Positions 11,874 through 22,380 are shown, numbered from the stretch's first letter. The stretch is DNA of 64,000 nt from Ignavibacteriota bacterium (GCA_963776275.1 CAVZMI010000014.1:32001-96000), one strand, 5' to 3'. The notes: a model not told the origin generated them from the sequence alone. Numbers and translations: made by a program.

Positions 11874-13112
11874 ATGAAAAATAAAAAATCTGTTTATCAT
11901 CTTCTTACAGCAACTGTTATTATACTCTTCTCGATCAGTGCATGCAATGAGTATAATGAACCGGGGATCATTTATACCCCCGATGTATCATCGTACCCGG
12001 TAAATCCGATTATCACCAGTATCTCACCTTCTGATTCTATGATTGCCGGGATCAGGGAGTTTACGATTGCCGGACAGAATTTCACCACGAATACCGATTC
12101 ACTTCATGTATTCTTTGGTTCGCAGCAGGCGATGATAAAAACTGCTACACCTACGAGCTTAGTCGTCTATCGGCCGCCAAATTCCGGAAATCTTGTGGTC
12201 AAGGTCGAAATCCCCGCGGCCCTCGGAATACCGAAGGTACCTTACAAAGTCGAAGTTCCGATTGTGAAATTTGGCGACTTCAAACTCTTTGCACGTGCTT
12301 TTTATGCCATGGAAATAGATAAAAACGAATACCTATGGATAGGAAGCGCTAGATATCTCTATAAAGTAACACCGGATGGGCTCTACACAACCACATTTAT
12401 GAAAAACGACAAATCTGCCTTTAACGAACCAACAGACTTACGGTTCGGCCCCTCGGGATTACTATATATTGCTTTGAAAAATCAAAAAATTATCTATTCT
12501 ATTAACCCGGAAGACTCTACACAGGCACCTGTCGCCTATGCGACGTTTCCAAATAATGCGGAAAAGATGGATTTTGACGAAAATGGGAACCTATTTGCAG
12601 GGAAAGCCAACGGACTCTATAGGGTGGATCACGTGACGAAGGCTGTTACCGCCACGGGTCATTACATAAATAATTTTACAATAGTTGACATTCATATATT
12701 TAATCATTATGTTTACGTGGCAAGTGGTTCACGCATTTCGAAAACGATTATTAATACCGATGGTTCGTTGGGAAGTACCGATGAACTTGTTGTTGATATT
12801 CTTAGTAATCCCGCTGTTAGTCAGTGTACAATAAGCTCGTTTAGTATTGCTGTAGATGGTACGGTTTGTACGGTTTATTTATGTCTGAAAAACCATCCGC
12901 AATATTCAATTTTTGTTCTTGAGAACGACGGTTCAGTAACTCCATTCTATGTTGAAGACATATTACCTCAGAGAGTCGACCAGATGTTCTGGGGGAATGG
13001 AAGATATTTATTCCTCAATAAAGGTATGGGTCAGGCGAATGATTTACTCCGCGGCGTGTATAAAATGGGATTAGATAAGAATGGTGCGCCATATCTTGGA
13101 AGAACTCTTTAA
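11874..13112 (+). CDS. Lipoprotein with IPT/TIG domain and beta-propeller
   Basis: Lipobox ISAC; PIITSISP...TIAGQNF...VFFG IPT signature; NHL-like repeats (DLRFGPSGLLY, MDFDENGNLF). Confidence 0.75.
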   Translation: MKNKKSVYHLLTATVIILFSISACNEYNEPGIIYTPDVSSYPVNPIITSISPSDSMIAGIREFTIAGQNFTTNTDSLHVFFGSQQAMIKTATPTSLVVYRPPNSGNLVVKVEIPAALGIPKVPYKVEVPIVKFGDFKLFARAFYAMEIDKNEYLWIGSARYLYKVTPDGLYTTTFMKNDKSAFNEPTDLRFGPSGLLYIALKNQKIIYSINPEDSTQAPVAYATFPNNAEKMDFDENGNLFAGKANGLYRVDHVTKAVTATGHYINNFTIVDIHIFNHYVYVASGSRISKTIINTDGSLGSTDELVVDILSNPAVSQCTISSFSIAVDGTVCTVYLCLKNHPQYSIFVLENDGSVTPFYVEDILPQRVDQMFWGNGRYLFLNKGMGQANDLLRGVYKMGLDKNGAPYLGRTL

Positions 13113-13278
13113 TAGAATTTTTTTGGTATTAAAATATAAAGCAAGATGTACTTATACTAACTAATTGCTCGTAGTAAGTAATTCAAAATTTATTATTCAA
13201 AAAAGGAGGGATTCTATGTAAAGAAAAACAGCTATCTTTTTTACCAAACAATTTTTTATTTTTAAAAAGGAGGATGTA

Positions 13279-15033
13279 ATGAAAAAGCTCGTTACAATTC
13301 TTGTATTATTGTTGATAGTTGTCATCTGTCTCTCTTCGGTGTCGTTTGCGAAGGGTAAAAGAATCCGGACAATGGTCGGTAGTACCCTGCAAATACCGAA
13401 AGCTTCAGCAGCTCCTATCATTGATGGTGAGATGGATGATATATGGTTTAACGTTACAGCAGTTCCGTGCCTGAAAGTTGAATGCTCATTAACGGATCGG
13501 ACGACGGATTCAATGTGTGTGCGTGCTTATGACGATTTTGCTGTAACTGCCCGCACCATGTGGGATGCAGATAATTTCTATATATTTATTAATGTAGTCG
13601 ACGACTCATTATACGCGGCAAATGTGAGTTCACCATGGATGAACGATAACATTGAAATATTCTTCGACGGCGGTAACGATAAAGCCACCACCTATGATGA
13701 TAATGATCTCCAGGTTCACTGGAACTATGGTGAGACTCCGGAAAGTCATCCAATAACGGCCGGTTCAATAGGTACCTGGGTATGGAAGACAACTCAGGCT
13801 GGTTACAATTGGGAGATTGCGATACCTAATAGTCAACTTGTGAAAACAGTGGGGGGCGCACCTCTATTCGATTTTGTAGCTGACAAAGAAATCGGGTACG
13901 AAATTTCGGTTGGTGATGAGAATAGCGCTAGTAGTCCGCAGTATAATCTTCACTGGTGGACAAACAATAACCTCACATGGCAGCAGCCGAATACGTTTGG
14001 AACAGCGGTTTTATCTCCTATAGAAGTTAGCCCGACATTGGAGATTCCACACGTCGACAATGCACCTATCATTGATGGAGACATGACTGAAGGCGAAGGT
14101 TGGGAATTGGCTCCTGAAATCACCAATAACAAATGTGAAGGCCCTATGGCCACAACCGATATTTATGCTCAAAAGGGTTTCAATACTGATGGGACGAATT
14201 CAAAATTGTGGAATGACTTTATGATTTCCAGTTGGACATTGTGGGATGCAGATAATTTCTATGTGTTCATTAAAGCCACCGACGACTCATTATACGCGGC
14301 AAATGTGAGTTCACCGTGGATGAACGATAACATTGAATTATTCTTCGATGGCGGTAACGATAAAGCCACAACCTATGATGATAATGATCTCCAGGTTCAC
14401 TGGAACTATGGTGAGACTCCGGAAAGTCATCCAATAACGGCCGGTTCATTAGGTACCTGGGTTTATAAGCCATGGACGGACGCTGCTACCCAATCCAGTG
14501 GCTACAATTGGGAGATTGCGATACCTAATAGTCAACTTGTGAAAACAGTGGGGGGCGCGCCTATATTCACCTATGCAGCTGACAAAGAAATCGGGTACGA
14601 AATTTCAGTAGGTGATGAGGATAACGCTGCTCCTTCACGGCAGAAAAATCTTCACTGGTGGACACAAAATAACCTTACATGGCAGCAGCCGAATACATTT
14701 GGAACAGCAGTACTAGTTATGGCACGGACGGGTGCAAATGCAATTAACACACAGGATAACGGCGTAGTTACCAATTACAGACTTGAACAAAACTACCCGA
14801 ATCCATTCAATCCGTCAACACAGATTTCCTACTCCATTCCAAAGAGTGAGAGAGTAAAACTCACAGTGTATAATGTGCTGGGAAATCAAATTGCAACATT
14901 AGTTAATGAAACAAAGAGTGCCGGGACTTACCTGGTTAACTTCAACGGTCAGAATCTTGCAAGCGGCATCTATTTCTACAAATTAGAGGCCGGGAGTAAG
15001 ATGCTGGCGAAGAAGATGGTGTTGATCAAATAG
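13279..15033 (+). CDS. T9SS cargo with two tandem CBM9/DOMON-like sugar-binding domains
   Basis: Two copies of APIIDG.M..W...WDADNFY...DD...DNIE.FFD...YNWEIAIP...IGYEISVGDE; C-terminal LEQNYPNPFNP...SGIYFYKL...KKMVLIK. Confidence 0.85.
   Translation: MKKLVTILVLLLIVVICLSSVSFAKGKRIRTMVGSTLQIPKASAAPIIDGEMDDIWFNVTAVPCLKVECSLTDRTTDSMCVRAYDDFAVTARTMWDADNFYIFINVVDDSLYAANVSSPWMNDNIEIFFDGGNDKATTYDDNDLQVHWNYGETPESHPITAGSIGTWVWKTTQAGYNWEIAIPNSQLVKTVGGAPLFDFVADKEIGYEISVGDENSASSPQYNLHWWTNNNLTWQQPNTFGTAVLSPIEVSPTLEIPHVDNAPIIDGDMTEGEGWELAPEITNNKCEGPMATTDIYAQKGFNTDGTNSKLWNDFMISSWTLWDADNFYVFIKATDDSLYAANVSSPWMNDNIELFFDGGNDKATTYDDNDLQVHWNYGETPESHPITAGSLGTWVYKPWTDAATQSSGYNWEIAIPNSQLVKTVGGAPIFTYAADKEIGYEISVGDEDNAAPSRQKNLHWWTQNNLTWQQPNTFGTAVLVMARTGANAINTQDNGVVTNYRLEQNYPNPFNPSTQISYSIPKSERVKLTVYNVLGNQIATLVNETKSAGTYLVNFNGQNLASGIYFYKLEAGSKMLAKKMVLIK
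13561..14709 (+). repeat. Intragenic direct repeat (two CBM9-like modules, offset ~681 nt)
   Basis: 13600-13781 and 14281-14462 differ at only 5 positions by manual comparison; similarity continues to ~14006 and ~14709. Confidence 0.9.
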
Positions 15034-15054
15034 TCCCAATTCATGTTCACGTAC

Positions 15055-15091
15055 AGCGTCTGTGGCAGCAATGCTGCAGACGCTTTTTTTT
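15055..15091 (+). terminator. Rho-independent terminator
   Basis: AGCGTCTGTGGCA-GCAA-TGCTGCAGACGCT hairpin followed by a T-tract. Confidence 0.85.
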
Positions 15092-15131
15092 ACTAATTTA
15101 ACAGACATGCGGCCCATAGGAGCATTTCAGA

Positions 15132-17051
15132 ATGAATCTTCACATCATTGATATCGGAATTATTTTTTTGTATCTGGCTACGACAATTTTCATCGGGTTC
15201 TACATATCGAAAAGAGCTTCAAAAGATATTAGAAACTATTTTCTTGGAGGAAACACACTCCCATGGTATCTTCTTGGGATATCGAATGCTTCAGGGATGT
15301 TTGATATAGCAGGAACAATGCTCCTGGTCTACTGGCTTTCGGTCTACGGTTTAAAAAGTATATGGCTGCCCTGGGTATGGCCGGTGTTCAATCAAATATT
15401 CCTCATGGTCTATTTATCATCATGGCTCCGCAGGTCGAATGTCATGACCGGCGCCGAGTGGATTAAAACACGGTTCGGATCAGGAAAAGGCGCCGCTCTT
15501 TCGCATATTATAGTCGTCATATTTGCTCTCATCAGTGTCATTGGATTTCTTTCCTATGGCTTTAAAGGAATCGGAAAATTTGCGGTGGCTTTTCTTCCAC
15601 CGCTGATAACCGATCCGGTGACTCTTACTCAATACCCTCAGATTAATGCTAACCTTTATGCTCTGATATTGATGGGTCTGACAACGATCTATGTCGTTAA
15701 GGGTGGTATGTTCAGCGTTGTATTAACAGAAGTTGTACAATACGGTATTCTTACAATTTCTTCGATTGCGGTAGGTATTATCGCCATGTATCATGTTTCT
15801 CCTGAAATGATCCGAAGCGTCATCCCCGATGGCTGGACGAATATGTTCTTCGGATCGAGTATGAACCTGGATTGGTCGACCGTACATTCTGCTGTCGCAA
15901 CAAAAGTGGTCGCATTTAACCAATGGATAAAGACAGATGGGTATTCTCTCTTCGGATTATTTTTCGTGATGATGCTTTTTAAAGGAATATTCGTTTCCGC
16001 TGCCGGTCCTGCACCGAACTATGATATGCAGCGAATTCTCTCAACGCGCAATCCGAAAGAAGCGGCAAAAATGAGCTCATTGGTAAGTTTGGTACTTAAT
16101 CCCAGCCGGTATTTCTTGGTTGCCGGTTTAGCGGTTCTTGCGTTGACAAATTTTGATGTACTATATAAAAGCTCGATTGCCAGTCCTGATTTCGAAACGA
16201 TTTTACCTGAAGTTCTGGCTAATTATATGCCGGTCGGCCTTTTAGGCTTTTTGTTGGCCGGTCTGCTCGCTGCTTTTATGAGTAATTTTGCTGCAACGGT
16301 CAATGCGGCGCCTGCCTATATCGTCAATGATATTTATAAGAAATATATCAATCCCAATGCGGAACCCAAAAAATATGTTACCATGAGTTATATTGCTTCA
16401 ATTGCCGTTGTCGCTGTCGGTATAGCGACGGGATTCTTCGTAGAATCGATCAACCAGATCGTCCTCTGGATTGTTGCCTCGTTATGGGGCGGTTATACGG
16501 CGGCAAACGTGCTAAAATGGTACTGGTGGAGATTCAATGGATATGGATACTTCTGGGGAATGGTTTGCGGTATTGCCGCATCGCTGATCTTGCTTTTCCT
16601 GGATAAATTTGGCTTAATACCTTTCCTACAAAATTGGCCCCTGACCAGTAATCCCAGCATGAATTCTTTTCCTGTAATCCTGATTATCTCAATTTTTGGA
16701 TGTATCATTGCTACGTTAATGACTGAACCCGAGAGCGATGAAGTACTTATGAAATTTTACCATAATGTTCGTCCCTGGGGTTTCTGGAAGCCAATTCATG
16801 AAAAAGTCGTCGAAGTGAACCGGCAATTTGTAGCGAACAAAGATTTTAAGCGAGATATGTTCAATATCCTCGTCGGAATTGTATGGCAGATAACATTGGT
16901 CGCTTCGCCTGTATTTCTAGTGATCCGAGAATATAGTTCTTTAATAATTTGTGTTGTGTTGATGGTTGCGACATCAGTAATACTTAAATTCACCTGGTGG
17001 GATAAACTTGAAACCGCGTATGGTGAAAGAAATACCGAATTAAGGATTTAA
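15132..17051 (+). CDS. Sodium:solute symporter family sugar transporter
   Basis: Many TM helices; YFLGGNTLPWYLLGIS, MQRILST, GLLAAFMS, LKWYWWRFNGYG. Confidence 0.92.
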   Translation: MNLHIIDIGIIFLYLATTIFIGFYISKRASKDIRNYFLGGNTLPWYLLGISNASGMFDIAGTMLLVYWLSVYGLKSIWLPWVWPVFNQIFLMVYLSSWLRRSNVMTGAEWIKTRFGSGKGAALSHIIVVIFALISVIGFLSYGFKGIGKFAVAFLPPLITDPVTLTQYPQINANLYALILMGLTTIYVVKGGMFSVVLTEVVQYGILTISSIAVGIIAMYHVSPEMIRSVIPDGWTNMFFGSSMNLDWSTVHSAVATKVVAFNQWIKTDGYSLFGLFFVMMLFKGIFVSAAGPAPNYDMQRILSTRNPKEAAKMSSLVSLVLNPSRYFLVAGLAVLALTNFDVLYKSSIASPDFETILPEVLANYMPVGLLGFLLAGLLAAFMSNFAATVNAAPAYIVNDIYKKYINPNAEPKKYVTMSYIASIAVVAVGIATGFFVESINQIVLWIVASLWGGYTAANVLKWYWWRFNGYGYFWGMVCGIAASLILLFLDKFGLIPFLQNWPLTSNPSMNSFPVILIISIFGCIIATLMTEPESDEVLMKFYHNVRPWGFWKPIHEKVVEVNRQFVANKDFKRDMFNILVGIVWQITLVASPVFLVIREYSSLIICVVLMVATSVILKFTWWDKLETAYGERNTELRI

Positions 17052-17169
17052 TAGCCCGAAAAGCTGCTGCAATTGGTCTATCTTATAATAACTCGCTTTT
17101 TACATCGCTTGGCAATCAGAAGGAAGAGAAATAGAATTCATCAATATTATATACAAAAAAGGAAAAGTC

Positions 17170-19608
17170 ATGGGCTACGGATATTTTGACGACAAACAGA
17201 AAGAATATGTGATAACACGCCCCGATACGCCTCTGCCCTGGATAAATTACCTAGGTACGGAAAATTTTTATGGGATAATTTCCAATACCGCCGGGGGATA
17301 TTGCTTCTACCAGGATGCGAGGATGCGTCGATTGACGCGTTACCGTTACAACAATATTCCCATGGATAGCAACGGTCGTTATCTGTATGTTAAAGACGGT
17401 GATTCGATCTGGAATCCGATGTGGAAGCCTATGCGAACGGCTCTTGATCGATACGAATGCCGTCATGGTTTAGGATACACGAAGATAACCGGGATGAAGA
17501 ATGAGCTTGAGGTTTCTTCATTGTTTTTTATTCCGTTGGAGTCCAGGAATGAAATCTGGCATGTGCAGATAACAAATCGTTCAAAATCTCCGAAGAAAAT
17601 CAGATTGTGGAGTTTCGTCGAATGGTGCCTCTGGGAAGCTAATGATGACATGACCAATTTCCAGAGAAATTATTCTACAGGACAGGTCGAAATTGAGAAC
17701 GGCACTATTTTCCATATCACAGAATACAGGGAACGCAGAAATCATTATGCATATTTTACCTCGAGCGAACCCGTCTCCGGTTACGACAGCAGCCGTGATG
17801 CGTTCGTCGGCGTTCATCAGGGACTCGATGCACCCCAGGCCGTCATGCAGGGGAGCTGCAGGAATAGTACCGCGTACGGCTGGCTACCGATCGCCGTCCA
17901 TCAATTTGATATTGAGCTGAAAGCCGGTGAAACAAAGATTATAAATTTTTTATTGGGATACGGAGAAAATCCACCTGAAAAGAAATATCTCGATAATGGA
18001 AAAATCCGGAAGGATGAATTCGAAGCTGTTAGGTCAAAATATATACAAACCGCAGGTGTGCTGAGTGCATTTGAAGCTCACAAAAAATACTGGGATAATT
18101 TGCTTTCATCATATCAGGTTGACACGCCGGATACGATCGTGAACCGAATGGCGAATATATGGAATCAGTATCAGTGCATGGTTACCTTCAATATGTCGCG
18201 CTCAGCATCTCTGTATGAGTCAGGTATCGGCAGGGGATTTGGATATCGCGACAGCAACCAGGACATCCTGGGTTTTGTGCATATTATACCGGCACGCGCG
18301 CGTCAGAGGATTTTGGATCTGGCTGCGACTCAGCTCTCGAACGGTATGTGTTTTCATCAATATCAGCCGCTAACGAAAAAAGGAAACGCCGATATAGGCG
18401 GCGGGTTCAACGATGACCCGCTGTGGCTGATTCTATCCGTCGCGGCATATATAAAAGAAACAGGCGATTACACTATCTTGAGCGATAAAGCCGGTTTTGC
18501 CGATATTCAAAATTCAGAGGCAACCTTGCTCGATCACCTGTATATCTCTCTTCAATACACGCTGAATCACCGTGGACCGCATGGTTTGCCGTTAATCGGT
18601 CATGCCGACTGGAATGATTGCCTCAATCTGAATTGTTTCTCGACAACGCCGGGTGAAAGTTTTCAGTTAGCAGGACATATCGAAAATGATAAAGTTGCTG
18701 AATCAGTCATGATTGCCGGTTTGTTCTGTAAAGCCTGTGATGAGATGGCGGACATTCTTAAGAATATCGGAAAACCCGAGCACGTGAACGATTACCTCAA
18801 CCAGGCCGAAAATATGAGGAAAACGATTCTTGAACATGGATGGGATGGCGAATGGTTCCTCAGGGCTTATGATTCATATGGCAGAAAATTAGGTTCTGCC
18901 GAAAATGAAGAGGGTAAAATCTTCATTGAGAGCCAGGGGTGGGGAGTTCTGGGCAGCGTTGGATTAGAAAATGGTTATGCGTTGAAGGCTCTGGACAGTG
19001 TGCGGAAACATTTATTTACCCCGAACGGCATTATTTTGCAGCAACCGGCTTTTCATACATACTATGTACATCTGGGCGAGGTGAGTTCCTATCCACCCGG
19101 ATATAAGGAAAATGCCGGCATTTTTACACACAATAATACATGGATACAAATTGCCGAGACCATCATTGGCCGGGGAGATCAGGCAATGGAATATTACAAG
19201 AGTATATGCCCTCCGACCAAAGAAGATCAAATCGATATTTATCGTTCCGAGCCTTATGTATACAGTCAAATGACAGCCGGCAGAGACGCCCCGACACCCG
19301 GCGAAGGGAAAAATTCCTGGTTGACGGGTACTGTAGCCTGGTCTTTTGTCACTCTTTCTCAATTTATACTGGGCATCCGTCCCGATTTCGACGGATTAAT
19401 CGTAGATCCATGTATTCCGGGTTCCTGGAAAAAATTTACCGTTGTACGAAAATTTAGAAACAGTGTGTATACGATTACCGTCAATAATCCGAAGGGCGTC
19501 AGCAAAGGTGTAAAGAATCTCTTGCTGGATGGTAAATTAATAAGCGGCAATAGAATCCCGGATCTTCATGACGGAAAGAATCATATTATTGGAGTTGAAC
19601 TCGGTTAG
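17170..19608 (+). CDS. GH94 glycoside phosphorylase (cellobiose/chitobiose phosphorylase-like), cytoplasmic
   Basis: YGYFDD...EYVITRPDTPLPWINYLG, GRGFGYRDSNQD, ADWNDCL, PPGYKENAGIF, NSWLTGT. Confidence 0.93.
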   Translation: MGYGYFDDKQKEYVITRPDTPLPWINYLGTENFYGIISNTAGGYCFYQDARMRRLTRYRYNNIPMDSNGRYLYVKDGDSIWNPMWKPMRTALDRYECRHGLGYTKITGMKNELEVSSLFFIPLESRNEIWHVQITNRSKSPKKIRLWSFVEWCLWEANDDMTNFQRNYSTGQVEIENGTIFHITEYRERRNHYAYFTSSEPVSGYDSSRDAFVGVHQGLDAPQAVMQGSCRNSTAYGWLPIAVHQFDIELKAGETKIINFLLGYGENPPEKKYLDNGKIRKDEFEAVRSKYIQTAGVLSAFEAHKKYWDNLLSSYQVDTPDTIVNRMANIWNQYQCMVTFNMSRSASLYESGIGRGFGYRDSNQDILGFVHIIPARARQRILDLAATQLSNGMCFHQYQPLTKKGNADIGGGFNDDPLWLILSVAAYIKETGDYTILSDKAGFADIQNSEATLLDHLYISLQYTLNHRGPHGLPLIGHADWNDCLNLNCFSTTPGESFQLAGHIENDKVAESVMIAGLFCKACDEMADILKNIGKPEHVNDYLNQAENMRKTILEHGWDGEWFLRAYDSYGRKLGSAENEEGKIFIESQGWGVLGSVGLENGYALKALDSVRKHLFTPNGIILQQPAFHTYYVHLGEVSSYPPGYKENAGIFTHNNTWIQIAETIIGRGDQAMEYYKSICPPTKEDQIDIYRSEPYVYSQMTAGRDAPTPGEGKNSWLTGTVAWSFVTLSQFILGIRPDFDGLIVDPCIPGSWKKFTVVRKFRNSVYTITVNNPKGVSKGVKNLLLDGKLISGNRIPDLHDGKNHIIGVELG

Positions 19609-21537
19609 ATGAAGGATAGAAGGAAGAAAAAGAAGACAGTTAAACAGATTGCGATAACAGAATTTTCACCGGCAAAGAAGCGTGTTTTTTGGGGAATAAC
19701 GCTTTCACTGCCGCTGTTCCTATTACTCCTTCTAGAAATTGGTCTTCGTATTTTCAATTATGGTGGGAATTTAGATTTATTCATCGGCGGGCCGGAAGGA
19801 TATGAAGAATATCTTCGATGCAATCCTAACGTTGCCCGGCGCTATTTTTCTGTACAATCGATTATCCCGACCCCTCCGAAAAAATTATTTTTGAAACAAA
19901 AGCCCCCCAACGGGTACCGAATATTTGTATTGGGTGAATCCTCTACGGCGGGATTTCCTTTCGAGAATAATGCCTCCTTCCCCAATATTTTGGAGCGGAG
20001 CCTTTCCAGGGCTTTTCCTGATAGGAGGATCGAAGTTATTAATGTGGCTATGTCTGCAATCAACAGTTACGCTCTGTTGGATCTGGTTGATGAAATTTTC
20101 AAACAATCACCCGACGCTTTACTTATTTATACCGGTCACAATGAGTATTACGGTGCGTTGGGAGTAGGGTCTGTTCAATCATTAGGTAATTCGCGATGGT
20201 TGATCACCACATATATTAAACTTCGATCAATAAAAATTTTTATCCTGCTGCGTGATTTTATAGGATGGCTGAAAATTCAATTCACCACAATATTTTATAA
20301 AGGAAGCGAGCTTGATCCGTCGGCTACTCTTATGGAAGGAATTGTGGCTGAACAGACTATTCCATATGGCAGTCCGCTCTATGAAGCCGGGAAAAAACAA
20401 TTTGAGAAAAATATGGATGCCATTCTTCATAAAGCTGCTGAGAACGGTGTGCCTGTGGTTTTAAGTGAATTGGTCAGCAACGTCCGGGATCAAGAACCTT
20501 TTATTTCAGTAGGAGATAATGAGGGGCATTCGGCAAAGTCATTGTATAGTTTTGCTCGACGGTTGGAAGCAAACGATGAATTTGAAAAAGCAAAACAATA
20601 CTATGTTAAGGCGAAGGATCTGGACGCCTTACGTTTCCGGGCACCGGAGGAATTCAATGTCATCTTAAAGGAATTGGCCGGGAAATACTCTGTTACCCTT
20701 GTACCAACGTTATCATATTTCGAAAATGAATCCCCAAACGGAATTATTGGAAGTACCCTCATGATGGAACATCTGCATCCCAATATAAAAGGTTATTTTC
20801 TATTGGCCAAAGCTTTTTATGAGACAATGCAAGATGCACGTATGATTGATAATGTCTGGCCGCCGCCCTGCATTGAGCAAGAACGAAATCAGGGAATAAC
20901 CGAGCTGGATAGTGTCTATGGCACCCTGGTTATACGGCAATTAAAAGGTGGCTGGCCTTTTCAACCTAAATCTCTGCCCAATCGTTTTATACAAAATTTT
21001 CGACCGGCTAATAATGTTGAAGAAATTGCCTTTCGTGTTCTCCAGGGCCGTAATTTTAGCTTGGAATCGGGTCATCTAGCATTAGGTGAGTATTATGAAA
21101 AACAGGGTAATTTTGATAAAGCATTTGCCGAATATAATGCACTTATCACCTCGATCCCGACTGAGATGGATTTTTATCGGAAAGCTGTCACAGTTTTACT
21201 TTCGCAAAAAGAGAATGAGAAAGCTTCGCAGTTGTTACATAAATCTTTAGTCTATAAAGAAAACAATTTTGCTAACAAATGGCTGGGACTCATTGCATTG
21301 ATGAAAGAAAATTATAGAGAAGCTATTTCATGCCTGGTGAAAGCCGACCAAAAAGATATTCAAGTCATATTTAATTTGGGTCGTGCATATTATCTGGCAG
21401 ATCAATGGGTGAATGGAGAGCAATGCTATTTGCGATTGCAGAATTTAGCTCCACAATCCAACTACTTTGCCTCTCTGACACGATTGCGTGCTGCGATTCA
21501 ATCAAAAGGCAGTACGGTAAATCCCCAGTCCCACTAA
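19609..21537 (+). CDS. Membrane-anchored SGNH/GDSL-like protein with C-terminal TPR repeats
   Basis: N-terminal TM LLLEIGLR; block I LGESS; block III GHNEYYG; block V EHLHP; TPR-like helices. Confidence 0.8.
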   Translation: MKDRRKKKKTVKQIAITEFSPAKKRVFWGITLSLPLFLLLLLEIGLRIFNYGGNLDLFIGGPEGYEEYLRCNPNVARRYFSVQSIIPTPPKKLFLKQKPPNGYRIFVLGESSTAGFPFENNASFPNILERSLSRAFPDRRIEVINVAMSAINSYALLDLVDEIFKQSPDALLIYTGHNEYYGALGVGSVQSLGNSRWLITTYIKLRSIKIFILLRDFIGWLKIQFTTIFYKGSELDPSATLMEGIVAEQTIPYGSPLYEAGKKQFEKNMDAILHKAAENGVPVVLSELVSNVRDQEPFISVGDNEGHSAKSLYSFARRLEANDEFEKAKQYYVKAKDLDALRFRAPEEFNVILKELAGKYSVTLVPTLSYFENESPNGIIGSTLMMEHLHPNIKGYFLLAKAFYETMQDARMIDNVWPPPCIEQERNQGITELDSVYGTLVIRQLKGGWPFQPKSLPNRFIQNFRPANNVEEIAFRVLQGRNFSLESGHLALGEYYEKQGNFDKAFAEYNALITSIPTEMDFYRKAVTVLLSQKENEKASQLLHKSLVYKENNFANKWLGLIALMKENYREAISCLVKADQKDIQVIFNLGRAYYLADQWVNGEQCYLRLQNLAPQSNYFASLTRLRAAIQSKGSTVNPQSH

Positions 21538-21750
21538 AATAGCAGCACGTTGAAGCCGGGGTGCCACTAATTGTTGTCCTGCCGAAACCAAATGATGGTT
21601 CCATGTTTTCTGTCGTATTCCTTCTTATATTATCAGCGGGGATGATTATACTATATGGTTGTATATAAAAATAGCATGCTATTCAATAACGGCGTTTCTG
21701 ATATTCAGTCTGGTCCCGAATCTCTCAGCTCAACCATACCCTTATCAAAG

Positions 21751-22380
21751 TGACCTGCCCCTGAATTATGTACCAATGCAAAGTTAGTGATCTCATCAGG
21801 CATTGGCAAGCTGAAGAGGGTAAAAAGATTCTGGTGCCGGAGGACGATAGTCCAAAGCACTATGTGGCCGGATCGTGTTATAATGCTTTCTCCATTGTTC
21901 TGTAATTATTCTTGCTTCTATTATTGTATCAAAGATCTCTCCATTAAGTAATTCATCTTTGAACTTTCCGTTAAACGATTCAATATATCCGTTCTCCCAA
22001 GGACTGCCAGGTTCGATAAAGGCTGTCCGGACTCCCAAGCGCTGCAGCCATTCGCGTACAAGCTGTCCAACAAACTCCGGTCCATTATCCGATCGAATGA
22101 ACTGAGGCGTTCCACGTCTGATGAATATGTCGGCCAGTGTGTCAATAACATCATTGGTTGTGATCCTTCGATCCACGCGAATGGCTAAGCACTCTCTGGT
22201 GTATTCATCGATGATGTTTCAACATACGTATGGCTCGGCCATCACTGGTGCGTTCTGCAACAAAATCATAACTCCAGACGTGGTCTTTTGTGTGTCGTTT
22301 CTTGCCCATTGCTGCCTCCTTTGATCTTTATTATATTTTTCCCTAATATAACACTGGATCGCTTTAAAGGGGGCAGGTCA
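21751..22380 (-). mobile_element. IS3-family element, internally deleted (630 bp)
   Basis: Terminal inverted repeats TGACCTGCCCC (21751) and GGGGCAGGTCA (ending 22380); DDE/rve core with WSYDF, RSDNGPEF, PWENGYIESFNG, YNTIRPHSAL. Confidence 0.92.
21796..22309 (-). pseudogene. Truncated IS3 transposase: orfA start fused to orfB integrase core, frameshift near 22217-22219
   Basis: Minus strand AGGAGG RBS, then MGKKRHT-KDHVWSYDFVAERTSDGRAIRML; an extra A precedes NIIDEYTRECLAIRVDRR. Confidence 0.85.

Noticed and set aside
13561-14709. Diversity-generating retroelement template/variable repeat pair
   Set aside because: Both copies are in frame within one gene, differences are few, and no reverse transcriptase is in the window.
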